DNA from: Longimicrobiales bacterium
GTDB taxonomy: Bacteria > Gemmatimonadota > Gemmatimonadetes > Longimicrobiales > Gaopeijiaceae
Assembly (NCBI GenBank): GCA_963664435.2
Contig: CAXXKM010000003.1
Span: 192,001-256,000 of the forward strand
DNA: 64,000 nt
Reading direction: 5' to 3'
In this document: positions 18,831 through 28,597 of the stretch, in pieces
How the letters are laid out: each line of letters begins with the position of its first letter
Position numbering within the stretch: the first letter of the stretch is position 1
The notes under the pieces: generated by a model
Seen by the model: the letters and a program-made list of their open reading frames with translations, nothing else
Database searches by the model: none
What the model was told of the DNA's origin: nothing
Program-made: the position numbers and the translations under genes

Positions 18831-21425
18831 CTATCCCATGCGACGCGCGATCCCCGGCTCGCCGGAGGAGCCGTAGAACGCGCGCAGTTGCTCCTCGATG
18901 CGCCGCCAGGGCCCCCGGGCGAGCGGCGCCGGCGGGAGCGACTCGAGGAGGTAGCGGCCGTAGCGGTACTTGACGATTCGCGAATCCAGGAGCACTACGG
19001 CTCCGCGGTCCCGGCGCGAGCGCACCAGGCGACCGAAACCCTGGCGCAGGCGAAGCGCCGCCTGGGGCAGCATCAACTCCTGGAACGGATTCCCTCCGGC
19101 CGCCTCGATGGCTTCCATGCGTGCTTCGACGACGGGATCGGTGGGGACGCTGAACGGAAGCTTCTGGATGAGCAGCGCGCGCAGGGGCCGGCCCGGGACG
19201 TCCACGCCCTCCCAGAATGAGGAAGTGCCCAGCAGAATCGCGTTGCCGGCCTCGACGAAGCGGGAGAGAAGCCGGGAGCGGTCGTCCTCTCCGTGCACCA
19301 GCAGGGGCCAGCGTCCCTCTCCCCCCGCCCGCAGCGCCTCCGCTACCGCGCGCAGGGCCCGGTGGGAGGTGAAGAGGGCGAAGAGTCCTCCCCGGGAGAT
19401 GTCGGCGAGTGCCGCAACGGCGCGGGCGGTCGCACGATTGAACGAGGCGCTTCCCGCCGAACCGCCGAACGAGGGCCGCGGCAGGTCCGACGGGACGCAT
19501 AGCAGTGTCTGCGCGGCGAAATCGAAAGGAGATTCGATGCGTGCTTCGGCGACCTTGAGGGCAGGCGCATCCGCGGGGTCGCGCGCGAGCCCGAGGCGTC
19601 CGCGCAGGAAGCCGAAGTCCTTGCGCGTGGTCAGCGTCGCCGAGGTAAGCACGGTGGTGCGGACGCGCTTGAACAGCTGCTCTCTGAGCAGTTCGGCCAG
19701 CTCGATGGGCGCGGCGGCGAGATGGAGGTTGCGGTGTTTTCCACGCCGGAGATTCCTCTGCTCCACCCAGCGGACGTATCGCTGTCCCTCCTCGGCCGGA
19801 TCCAGGACGAGGCGCAGGCTGCGCGACGCATTGTTCAGGCGGCGCTCGATGCTCCGCAGGTCGAGGACTCTTCCCTCGAGCGGTTCGCGCCACTCGTCGG
19901 TGAGCTCGATGCGCGCGCCGAGCTCGGACACTTCGCGCGTCAGCCCCGCGAGCCCGTCCAGAAGCGCATCGAGGTTCCTGTGAACCCGCTCCTGGTCGAT
20001 GGGCTCCGGGAGCTGCTCCGAGCCCAGCCTCACGCGAACGCCTCCGGGCAGGGGCGCCATCTCATCGAGGATGTGGAAGAAGGCTTCGAATCGCGCGCGC
20101 GTCTCCTTGAGCGATGGGAGTACCCGGTCGGTGAGGCGGTCCAGAAGCGGTTTCGCGGCCGGACCCGCCAGAGGGCCCTCCGACCGCGCACCGTCTTCGG
20201 CCACGGTGGGAAGGCCGGCGAGCTTGCGCCGCACCACCCCCGCCACACGCTCCAGGCGGGTCAGGGTGGCGGCCAGTCCCTTCCGGCTGACGCTCGCGCC
20301 CAGGTGGCTGGTGGCGGCGTCCTCCACGTTGTGCGCTTCGTCCAGGATCAGCCGGCGGTATGCCGGCAGCGCCGCGGACTGGGTGAAGTTGTCGGTGACG
20401 ATGCGCAGGGAGAGGTCGGAGAAGAGAAGATGGTGGTTCACCACCAGCACGTCCGCGGATGCCGCCACCCGTCGCGAGCGCTGGTAGAAGCAGGACTGAA
20501 AGTGGGGACAGCGGGCGTGCAGGCAGATGTCGGAATCGGACTGCACTTCTTCCCATACCTCCCGGGACGGGGCAGTCGCCAGATCGGCAAGCGATCCGTC
20601 CTCCGTGGCCGCGATCCAGTCGAGCAGCGCATTGACCTCGCGGGTGCGGTCCTCCCCGAAGAGGGTGGCCGCGCTCTCCGCCGCCAGATGAGCGCGGCGG
20701 ATGGAGATGTAGTTCCCCCTGCCCTTCATCAACGCCCAGCGGAAGTCCTCTCCCAGGAGTTCGCGTACGAGAGGAAGGTCCTTGGCGACCAGTTGTTCCT
20801 GCAGGTTGATGGTGTTGGTGGAGACGATCGTGCGTTCCCTGTTGCGGATCGCCCAGCGGGCAGCGGGCAGCAGGTAGGCGACCGACTTTCCGGTGCCGGT
20901 GCCGGCTTCCACCAGGGTGACCCCATCCTGGTTGTATCCTCGCGCCACTTCCGCCAGCATCGCACGCTGCCCCGGACGATCCTCATAGCGCTCGTGCAGA
21001 CGCGACAGAGCGCCGCCGGGGGCGGCCAGTGCTTCCATCCCGGGTATGTCCAGGGGCTCGAGCGACGACGGCGGCGGCGGCTCCACCACCACGTACAGCG
21101 CCCTCGCCGGGTTGTCGACGATGGCGCTGCCGAGGCCCTGCTCGTAGAGGCGGCCGGCCACGTGAAGGTCCGCGTCGGAGGGCTCCAGGCGTCCGGAGGG
21201 GTGGTTGTGCAGCATGATCTCGCCGGCGCGCGCGTCGCCGGCGGCGGCGAGCACGGCGGCACGGTTCCCCCGGGCGACCGTGCGGGGGTCCACGATGACC
21301 CGTTCGGGCGTCACGGTGGCGAGGAAGCTGACTTCGCGCCCGCCCGCCCGCGCAATCTGTTCGCGCATGCGCCTGGCTGCCTCGGGGGCTAGAACGAGGT
21401 CGGGCCGGGGCCGCTCGGGGGTCAC
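18831..21425 (-). CDS. DinG/YoaA-family SF2 helicase with N-terminal JAB/MPN (RadC-like) domain
   Basis: E...HNHPSG...PS..D JAB motif; RPGQ Q-motif, EAGTGTGKS, DEAH, TSATL, SFWEGVDVPG, QGFGRLVR...DRG. Confidence 0.92.
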   Translation of the reverse strand: MTPERPRPDLVLAPEAARRMREQIARAGGREVSFLATVTPERVIVDPRTVARGNRAAVLAAAGDARAGEIMLHNHPSGRLEPSDADLHVAGRLYEQGLGSAIVDNPARALYVVVEPPPPSSLEPLDIPGMEALAAPGGALSRLHERYEDRPGQRAMLAEVARGYNQDGVTLVEAGTGTGKSVAYLLPAARWAIRNRERTIVSTNTINLQEQLVAKDLPLVRELLGEDFRWALMKGRGNYISIRRAHLAAESAATLFGEDRTREVNALLDWIAATEDGSLADLATAPSREVWEEVQSDSDICLHARCPHFQSCFYQRSRRVAASADVLVVNHHLLFSDLSLRIVTDNFTQSAALPAYRRLILDEAHNVEDAATSHLGASVSRKGLAATLTRLERVAGVVRRKLAGLPTVAEDGARSEGPLAGPAAKPLLDRLTDRVLPSLKETRARFEAFFHILDEMAPLPGGVRVRLGSEQLPEPIDQERVHRNLDALLDGLAGLTREVSELGARIELTDEWREPLEGRVLDLRSIERRLNNASRSLRLVLDPAEEGQRYVRWVEQRNLRRGKHRNLHLAAAPIELAELLREQLFKRVRTTVLTSATLTTRKDFGFLRGRLGLARDPADAPALKVAEARIESPFDFAAQTLLCVPSDLPRPSFGGSAGSASFNRATARAVAALADISRGGLFALFTSHRALRAVAEALRAGGEGRWPLLVHGEDDRSRLLSRFVEAGNAILLGTSSFWEGVDVPGRPLRALLIQKLPFSVPTDPVVEARMEAIEAAGGNPFQELMLPQAALRLRQGFGRLVRSRRDRGAVVLLDSRIVKYRYGRYLLESLPPAPLARGPWRRIEEQLRAFYGSSGEPGIARRMG

Positions 21426-21465
21426 GGGGCGGAGTTCCGGAGGATGATCCTCCCTTCAGCCGGCG

Positions 21466-22749
21466 TCAGGTCTTGCGCTGTTGCTTCCGGGCCGCCGGGA
21501 AGAGGACGTTGTTCAATATCAGGCGATAACCGCCCGAATTGGCGTGCAGCGAGAGATCCGTCGGCGGATCGCCGATCTGGTGCTCGGGGTCTTCCGGATC
21601 GTGCCCGCCGTAGAAGGTCCAGGTTCCCTCGCCACGGTTTCCGTGGATGTACTTGGCCCATCCGCCCTCCTGTGCCAGGATGATGGCGCCCGGCTTGACG
21701 CGGTCGATGCGGAAGGACGTCGTGAGCCCGTAGAAGTCGGAAAGCACGTCCTCGTGGCTCTGCGTCAGCATCGAGGGCACGGGATCCAGCTTGGCGGAGA
21801 ACTCGAAGAGCGAGAACGCCCCCAGCTCTTCCCGCCAGGGGGTGTTGACCTGGTGACCGTCGATGTCGCTGAAGGCGTTGACCGACGGCGAGAGCTGCAC
21901 TTCGGCGTTCATGAACCCCAGCGCCCGGTCCCATTCCATGTGCGCCGAGGCGTCGAGGGCCGGTGGGGTCCCGTCGGCGAAGGCCGCCGCGATGTCGGCC
22001 TCCCGGGCCGCCAGGGCCAGGCCGAGCGTCTCGGTCGCCGAGCACATGGCGAAGAGAAAACCGCCTCCCTCGACGAACTCCAGAATCGTGCTCGCCACCG
22101 CCTTCTTGAGCGCGGGCACGTGCGGATACCCGAACGCGGTGGCCACCTCCTGGTTGCGGGCCACTTCCTCCTGCAGCCAGGGAGCTCCCGCGTACGTGAT
22201 GAAGAACTTGGAATACTGTCCCGTGAAGTCCTCGTGGTGGAGATGGAGCCACTCGTAGTTCTCCAGGTCTCCGTTCAGGACCTCCGGATCCCACACCTTG
22301 TCGTACGTGATGCCCGCATACTCGAGCGCCATGGTTACGGCGTCGTCCCAGGGCGTCGTGTTGGCGGGCGTGTAGATCGCGATGCTGGGCGCCTTCTCGA
22401 GGATCACCGACTCCATGTTCGAGCGCGCGATCACCGCTCGCATCGCGGCCACGTCGGCGGCGCTCACCGGCTCGATGCTGACGCCGCGCAACGCCGCTTC
22501 CCGGCGAACGTCCTGCCTGTCCGGCAGAAGGAAGGAGCCGTCGCGATAGTTGAGCAGCCACTCTGCGGTCGCTCCGCGCTCGAGGCTCCAGTAGGTGAGC
22601 CCGTAGGCCTTCAGGTGATCGTCCTGGTCCCGGTCCATCGGCACCAGGAGATTCTGGGCCCGCAGGGCCTGCGGAGCGAGCACCGCAGCCGCGAGCAACC
22701 CCGCTCGGATCGTGCACGCTCCGCGCGCCGGCCAGTGGAAGAACTTCAC
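21466..22749 (-). CDS. Secreted conserved protein with class I glutamine-amidotransferase-like region (family often annotated 'asparagine synthetase B' in Bacteroidota)
   Basis: Signal peptide; LVPMD..Q..HLKAYG, WLLNYR.GSF, PWDDAVT.ALEYA, WLHLHHEDFTGQY, FAMCSAT, YGGHDPED, YRLILNNVLFPAA; family recalled from memory. Confidence 0.75.
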   Translation of the reverse strand: MKFFHWPARGACTIRAGLLAAAVLAPQALRAQNLLVPMDRDQDDHLKAYGLTYWSLERGATAEWLLNYRDGSFLLPDRQDVRREAALRGVSIEPVSAADVAAMRAVIARSNMESVILEKAPSIAIYTPANTTPWDDAVTMALEYAGITYDKVWDPEVLNGDLENYEWLHLHHEDFTGQYSKFFITYAGAPWLQEEVARNQEVATAFGYPHVPALKKAVASTILEFVEGGGFLFAMCSATETLGLALAAREADIAAAFADGTPPALDASAHMEWDRALGFMNAEVQLSPSVNAFSDIDGHQVNTPWREELGAFSLFEFSAKLDPVPSMLTQSHEDVLSDFYGLTTSFRIDRVKPGAIILAQEGGWAKYIHGNRGEGTWTFYGGHDPEDPEHQIGDPPTDLSLHANSGGYRLILNNVLFPAARKQQRKT

Positions 22750-24524
22750 GATAATCCTCCTCCCGCTGTCAGGCGCTCCAGTTCGCGGCGCGCGACCGGC
22801 ACGACGGCACTGTTGGGTCGGGCCAGAATGAGTTCCTGCAGCAACTCGATGGCAGCCGGCACGCCGGTGGGGCTGGCAGCCCGGTAGCGCGCCAGCTGCA
22901 GGATGGCCTCCGGCGCCTCGCTCGACTCCGGAAAGGTGGCGACGAGGGATTCACGCAGGCGTGCCGCCTCGCCCTGCTGGTCGGTTTCGTCGGCGATGCG
23001 GGCGGCCAGGGCGAGGAGGGGTGGCTGGTCTTCCGGAGGCAGGGCGTGCACCAATCCGTTCAACAGCGCGAACGCCGCCGCCGCACTCTCCCGGTGGCGC
23101 GCGATCGACGCTCTCCCGGCCAGCGCGGCCGCCTGTTCGCCGACCCGGTCCAGGATGCCGACCAGCTGCACGATCGCGGTGGCCTCGGTGGCGGGGAGCC
23201 CCGCCGCGGCGAGCATCAGGTTGACCCGGGCGCCTTCCCGGTTGCCCGCTTCGAGCGCCAGCCAGGCGCGCTCCTGCGCGCTCAGCGGACCCGGAACCCC
23301 TTCCAGCACAAGTGCCGCGGTTTCCGGATCGCCGTCGGTTCGGAAGCGCTCCGAAAGCGCGACCGCCAGCGCGTCGGCTTCAGGCGCGTTCGGAAACTCC
23401 TGGCGGAAGGCCGCGAAGCGATCCAGCAGCTCGAGGGGAGCGCCGGTCGCGGTCTCCAGCCGGATCATCTCGGCCAGAGCCCGCCTCCGTTCCGGCGAAC
23501 GTTCGGGTAGACCGCGGGCGTACCGCCCCCTGGCTTCCAGCGCGCGGACGGTATCGCCCGCCACGAGCGAGGTGACGGCGATCTGGCGGTCCAGCGTGCG
23601 CGCCCGTGAACCCCTCGGAGCCTCCCGGCGCAACTGCTGCAGCGTCCACAGCGCGAGCTGATCGGCGTCCTTTTCTTCGGCGAGACGCAGCAGCGCGTTG
23701 AGGAAGCCCTGCCGCTCCGGCTCGGCAAGCTCTCCCGCAACCTCCTCCGCAATACGACGCGCCTCCGGCCGCAGACCAGCTTCCAGCGCGATCTCGATCG
23801 CCGCCCGCCTGCGCGCGTCGGACGCGCCTTGCGCCGCCAGCTCACGAACCACCCCGGGTGCCAGCCCGGGGTTCTCCCCGCTGGTGCGGACCATCCGTCG
23901 CAACGCCCCGGGCGCCTGGACGTCCGCTCCGTCGAGCGCGCGCGCCCACTCCATGAGCGCCTCCCGGGGACGCTCGAGGCGAAGCAGAACATCTCCCGCC
24001 TCCACCGCGAGAACTCCGCCACCGGCGCGGTTCTGTCCGCGCCGAAGGACGGAAAGAGCTTCCTCGCCTCCGAACGCCCGCTCATACACCCGGGCGACCT
24101 CCCTGTAGGAATCCGGCGAGGCCGGGTTCTGCGCGATCCAGGACTCGGCCGCAGAACGGAGTTCAGCCAGGGAATCGACCTCCAGGAGAATCCTCAGCTT
24201 GAGGTAGCGGGGGCCGGTGGACACGGGGTCGACCGCCAGGAACGCGTCGATGGCGTCAAGCACCTGCGACACCCGCCCCTGAGCCCGCAGCACGCGCTCC
24301 AGGGCGAAGATGGCCCCCGAGGATGCGGGCCGCTCCTGCAACAGTGCAGTGAGAATCTCGACCGATGCGGCATAGTCTCCCGCCGACTCGGCGCGGGCCG
24401 CCTCGCGCAGCAACCTGGATTCCTCGTTCGAGGACAACTGGCCATCCGCGGCGCCAGGCGCCAGTGCCAGGCCCACCACGAGCGAAAGCGCTCCGGACAG
24501 GGTCCGGCGGGCGCCGTCGTTCAC
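22746..24524 (-). CDS. Secreted tetratricopeptide-repeat protein
   Basis: Signal peptide; Ala/Leu-rich helical repeats with FP.S..A..A motifs. Confidence 0.8.
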   Translation of the reverse strand: MNDGARRTLSGALSLVVGLALAPGAADGQLSSNEESRLLREAARAESAGDYAASVEILTALLQERPASSGAIFALERVLRAQGRVSQVLDAIDAFLAVDPVSTGPRYLKLRILLEVDSLAELRSAAESWIAQNPASPDSYREVARVYERAFGGEEALSVLRRGQNRAGGGVLAVEAGDVLLRLERPREALMEWARALDGADVQAPGALRRMVRTSGENPGLAPGVVRELAAQGASDARRRAAIEIALEAGLRPEARRIAEEVAGELAEPERQGFLNALLRLAEEKDADQLALWTLQQLRREAPRGSRARTLDRQIAVTSLVAGDTVRALEARGRYARGLPERSPERRRALAEMIRLETATGAPLELLDRFAAFRQEFPNAPEADALAVALSERFRTDGDPETAALVLEGVPGPLSAQERAWLALEAGNREGARVNLMLAAAGLPATEATAIVQLVGILDRVGEQAAALAGRASIARHRESAAAAFALLNGLVHALPPEDQPPLLALAARIADETDQQGEAARLRESLVATFPESSEAPEAILQLARYRAASPTGVPAAIELLQELILARPNSAVVPVARRELERLTAGGGLS

Positions 24525-27500
24525 GACCCGCCTCCCGCGGGCGGGATGGTTGCGGCCTGGTTGAGGCGCTCGAAGTACTCGATCACCAAGCGTCTCTGCG
24601 CCGGAGGCAGGCGACCCAGCACATCCGCGGCGGGAAGCTCGAACCGGAGGACGTTCATATCCTCTTCCCCGAGAGGGGCGACCACGTTGCGCTCGAATTC
24701 CCCCGGGACTTCGGATTCCCGTTCCTCCGACTCCTCGTCCCGCTCCAGGCTTCGCCCGGCGTCCAGCAGACGCTGGAAGAGCTGCTCCTGGCGCTCGATG
24801 GTCTCCGGGCGCAGGCGTTCCATGGCCAGCTGCTCGGCGAGAGCGGCGGCTTCCTGCGCGAGCTCGTCGAGGTCGCCGAGCGCCTGTTCCTCGGAATTCG
24901 GCTGCTGGGCCAGATCACCGAGTTCGCCGGCGACCGATTCCTGGCCCTGCGCGAGCTGCTGCATCTGCCTGGCGAGGGCCTGCTCGCCCAGCTGCATCGG
25001 CATGAGCTCCTCGGTCTGGATGATCAGATCACCCTGACGCTGGGCGATGGCCTCCAGCATTTCCTGCATCTCGCCAGCTCCGCCGGAGGCCGCGTCCTGC
25101 CCTGCCTGCCCGGCGCCTGCGATGGCCTGGAGCGCGACCTGGTTGAGCGCCCGCACGGCCGCCTCCGCTGTCGCGGTCGGGGACGGGGTCGACCCGCGCC
25201 GGCTGTCGAGGGCGTCCAGGGTCTCGCTGATGGCCTCCATGGCTTCGCCGATGGCGGTGCTGACCTCGCGGTCGACCTGGCCGGAGGCGCGCGAGCCGGC
25301 GCTCAGGTTCTCGGCCATGTTGCGCACCCCGCGCAGGAGCGAGGCCTCGTCGGCTCGCATTGCGGCCTGCTGCTCCGCGTTCGCGCGGCGCATCTGCTCG
25401 CGCAGTTCGGCCTGCTGGCGCGCGAGGGAGAGGGCATCCTCCGCCGTCTGCCGGAGCGCCTGACGAGCCGCCTCGTCCATGGTCTCCGTCATCTCGGCAC
25501 GCGCCTCCGCCAGCGCCTCCTGTGCTTCCCTGAGGGCTTCCGCCGCCTCTCTGGCTTCCTGCGCAGCCGATTGCGCCTCTCCAGCCTCGGCCTGCTCGCG
25601 GGCTTCGGCCATGTCCCGGCGCGCTTCGTCCGTCCGTTCTCCGGCCGCCTGCGCCCGTTCCCCTGCCTCCTGCTCGTCCAGTTCGTCGAGGTGGTCGCGC
25701 ACCTGTTCCATGCGCTCCAGGAGCGCCTCCGTCTGCTCCTCCAGGTCGGCCTGCTGGCGGACGCGCAGGTCGAGGGTGTCCCCCTCCTCCATCGCGTCGG
25801 CGAGCGCGTCCTCCTTTCGTGCCAGCTCGGCGGCCTCCTCCTCGGCGGCGCGCAACTCCTGCTCGGTGGCGGCGCGGCGGAAGCGCTCGATCGACTCCTC
25901 CAGACGCTGGCGCAACTCTTCCTGGTCCTGCGCGAGCCGTTCCAGCGCCTCCAGCGACTCGCCTTCGTCCATCTCCTCGAAGTTGCGCGCCATCTCCTCC
26001 ATGCGCTCGCGCACCTCCTCGGGCATCATCTCCTCGAGAAGACGCTGAAGCTCCTCCATCTCCTCGCTGAACTCGGGATCCGGAAGCCCCGCCTGGCGCA
26101 TGGACTCGGAGACCTCCTCGAGTTCCTGCCGCAGCGAGTCCACCTCGGCCGCCAGCTCTTCCTGCGCTTCGAGCGCCTGCCGCAGCTCTTCCTGCTCCTC
26201 GAAGCTCAGCTCCTCCTCTCCCCGCGTGCCCGGGTTTCTGCGCTCCTCGGCGCGCTCCGCCTGATTGCGGCGCTCGAGTTCGCGGGTCTCCTCCGCCGCT
26301 TCTCCCGCCTGCTCAGCCAGCGATTCGACCTCGGCCGCCGCGTCCTCGAGCATCTGTTGAGCCTGCCAGCGAAGCTCGGACGCCTCCGGCATGCGCAGCA
26401 CGTATTCCGGGCTCTCGCCGATCTGCGGCGACGGCGCGTTGTCCACCACGCGCGCCCGGTAGCGAATCACATCGCCGGCGAGCAGTCCCCAGTCGGAGAC
26501 GTCCAGGAGAGGGCGCACGAGCGCGCTGCGCGTGCCCGCCATCCCCATTCTGCGCACGACCGGATCCTCGGGTGCACCCAGGGATCGCACTCGGTAGGCG
26601 ACCAGTTCGACCGAGGTGAGGCCGTAGTCGTCCCGTGCCTGGACGACCAGCGGCTGCTCCATGGAGAGCGGCAGGACGGTGTCGCGGCCGGGAAAGACGA
26701 TGGCGACGGCGGGCACAGAATCGCGCACCAGGGTGATGTCGAGCGGGACGGGCGGGATCTCGGGACCGCCGCCGCGCGCGTCGACGAGGTGCCAGTGGTA
26801 TACACCCCCGGCGCGCGGCGTCCAGTCGGCATGGAAGCGAGGGCCGTCGACCTGCAGCGCGACCGTGGGCCCGTTCGGCTCCTCCACGGCGAGGCTGGCG
26901 CCCTGGAGTTCGCGGCTGGCGCGCCCTTCCACGCGCACGCGGGTGCCCATCGGAACGCTCAGCGGGGGTGCCGCCCCCCGGTACTCCTCCGCATAGCGGC
27001 CACTGTGGGGCGGGAAGGTGAGCGCCAGCGTCAGGTCGGCGACGAACAGCGGATCCACCGGAGTGACCCGGTAGCGCTCGCTGGTGCTCCCATCGGGCGC
27101 CGACGCCCAGTACTCGAAGGCGGTCTCCACCGCGCTGAACCTGAACGACGCGACGCCGCCGCCGATTTCGCGCGTGTCGGCGCGCGGCACGTCGCCCGGC
27201 GCGCGCGAGTGCAGGGTAACTTCGAGGCGTCCCATCGCCTCGACCTCGATGGTCACGTCCGACCCGCGGGAGATCTCGATGTCTCCCGGCCGGACCTCCA
27301 GGGGAGCATAGCGCGGGCTCGCCACCACCCCGAAGGGGGCCGCGAGTCCCGACCAGGCGCGCCGCGACCGCTCCGGCGACGCGACCCACGCGGAGATGAC
27401 CGGCACGCTGGCCACCACCAGCGCACCCAGCCCGAGACGCATCCAGCGTCCGCTGCGCCGGTGAAGCGACCCGGCCAGCACGGGCGCGGGGGACGTGAGG

Positions 27501-27901
27501 CGCCCCGCCACCCGCGCTTCGGCACGGCGCGCCAGCGCCGGCGATACACCGGGCGGGACCGAACGGGAGAGCTCGAGCGACCCGCGCACCACGCCGCGGG
27601 CGAGGCCGGCCGCCTCCTCCATGGTTGCGGCGACCCCGGCCTCGTCGAGCCAGCGCCGCCGGATCCGGACCAGCAACGCGACCAGGATCGCGACCGCGGC
27701 GATCGCGATTCCGTCCAGGATCAGCGGCGCAGCGCTGCCCTGCCGCCACCCGGCCGCACCCGCCAGCCACCAGGCGAGCATCAGGGTGACGGCCACGGGA
27801 ACGGTCGCCCACAGCGCCCCCGCCATCCCGAAGCGGGTGCCGACATGGCCGCGTACGGCGTCGAACGCGCCGCGGACGCTCGGGCGGGGCGCCGGGTTCA
27901 G
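24521..27901 (-). CDS. DUF4175-like membrane protein with Ig-like region and long Glu/Gln coiled coil (start uncertain)
   Basis: N-terminal TM helices, D..P.V...P motif, ARDDYGL, heptad-rich C-terminal half ending RLLDAGRSLE and YFERL; alternative ATG at 27826. Confidence 0.75.
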   Translation of the reverse strand: MNPAPRPSVRGAFDAVRGHVGTRFGMAGALWATVPVAVTLMLAWWLAGAAGWRQGSAAPLILDGIAIAAVAILVALLVRIRRRWLDEAGVAATMEEAAGLARGVVRGSLELSRSVPPGVSPALARRAEARVAGRLTSPAPVLAGSLHRRSGRWMRLGLGALVVASVPVISAWVASPERSRRAWSGLAAPFGVVASPRYAPLEVRPGDIEISRGSDVTIEVEAMGRLEVTLHSRAPGDVPRADTREIGGGVASFRFSAVETAFEYWASAPDGSTSERYRVTPVDPLFVADLTLALTFPPHSGRYAEEYRGAAPPLSVPMGTRVRVEGRASRELQGASLAVEEPNGPTVALQVDGPRFHADWTPRAGGVYHWHLVDARGGGPEIPPVPLDITLVRDSVPAVAIVFPGRDTVLPLSMEQPLVVQARDDYGLTSVELVAYRVRSLGAPEDPVVRRMGMAGTRSALVRPLLDVSDWGLLAGDVIRYRARVVDNAPSPQIGESPEYVLRMPEASELRWQAQQMLEDAAAEVESLAEQAGEAAEETRELERRNQAERAEERRNPGTRGEEELSFEEQEELRQALEAQEELAAEVDSLRQELEEVSESMRQAGLPDPEFSEEMEELQRLLEEMMPEEVRERMEEMARNFEEMDEGESLEALERLAQDQEELRQRLEESIERFRRAATEQELRAAEEEAAELARKEDALADAMEEGDTLDLRVRQQADLEEQTEALLERMEQVRDHLDELDEQEAGERAQAAGERTDEARRDMAEAREQAEAGEAQSAAQEAREAAEALREAQEALAEARAEMTETMDEAARQALRQTAEDALSLARQQAELREQMRRANAEQQAAMRADEASLLRGVRNMAENLSAGSRASGQVDREVSTAIGEAMEAISETLDALDSRRGSTPSPTATAEAAVRALNQVALQAIAGAGQAGQDAASGGAGEMQEMLEAIAQRQGDLIIQTEELMPMQLGEQALARQMQQLAQGQESVAGELGDLAQQPNSEEQALGDLDELAQEAAALAEQLAMERLRPETIERQEQLFQRLLDAGRSLERDEESEERESEVPGEFERNVVAPLGEEDMNVLRFELPAADVLGRLPPAQRRLVIEYFERLNQAATIPPAGGGS

Positions 27902-28563
27902 GAGGCCCCCCTGGTGATCGCGTAGACGAACAGGTTCACGCCCATGCGCAGGGCCTGCTCGCGGGTCTCGGGAGGATCTTCGTGCACCTCGGGATCCTCC
28001 CATCCGTCCCCCAGATCGCTTTCGTAGCTGTAGAAGAGCATCAGCCGGCCGCGCTCGAAGAGCCCGAAGGCCTGGGGCGGACCCCCGTCGTGCTCGTGGA
28101 TCTTGGGCAGGCCCTCCGGGAGCAGGTGAAAGGCCTGGAAGACGGGGTGATCCGCGGGGATTTCCACGAGTTCGCGGCCGGGAAAGACGCGTGCGATCTC
28201 CCGGCGGAAGGATTCGTCGAGGCCGTAGTTGTCGTCGACGTGCAGGAACCCCCCGCCCAACAGGTAATCGCGCAGCGCGCCCTGCTCCTCCAACGAGAAA
28301 CTCATGTTTCCGTGGCCGGTCATGTAGACGTAGGGGAAGTCGGGCAGCGCAGGATCACGGAGGGTGATGGTGGCTTCGCGATCCGCGACGGGCAACCCGG
28401 TGTCGGCCGCGATTCGCTCCAGCAGATTGGCCAGCGAGGACGGGTTCGCATACCAGTCGCCTCCGCCGTCGTACTGGAGGCGTGCGATGGTGAGCGTCGA
28501 GTCGACGGGCGTGACGGCCGCAAGCACGACCGCGAGGACCGGGAGAACGATCGGCTTCAGCAT
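27898..28563 (-). CDS. DUF4159 domain protein
   Basis: IARLQYDGGGDWYANPSSL, YMTGHG, GGFLHVDDNYG, DLGDGWED, ALRMGVN; signal peptide from ATG 28563. Confidence 0.88.
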   Translation of the reverse strand: MLKPIVLPVLAVVLAAVTPVDSTLTIARLQYDGGGDWYANPSSLANLLERIAADTGLPVADREATITLRDPALPDFPYVYMTGHGNMSFSLEEQGALRDYLLGGGFLHVDDNYGLDESFRREIARVFPGRELVEIPADHPVFQAFHLLPEGLPKIHEHDGGPPQAFGLFERGRLMLFYSYESDLGDGWEDPEVHEDPPETREQALRMGVNLFVYAITRGAS

Positions 28564-28597
28564 GGATTCCTGCACCACTCCCGCGTGATCGCCCCCG

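Noticed and set aside
18831..21425. DinG as a type IV CRISPR CasDinG or part of a defence island
   Set aside because: No cas genes, array or ubiquitin-like E1/E2 partners nearby; embedded among housekeeping genes with host-like composition
24365..27925. Very long plus-strand ORFs (this 1186-aa one, also 595-2190, 11082-13040, 14107-16008, 53094-55235, 58356-60893, 61656-63236) and minus-strand 33528-35918
   Set aside because: Antisense shadows of recognisable genes, expected in high-GC DNA; no motifs of their own
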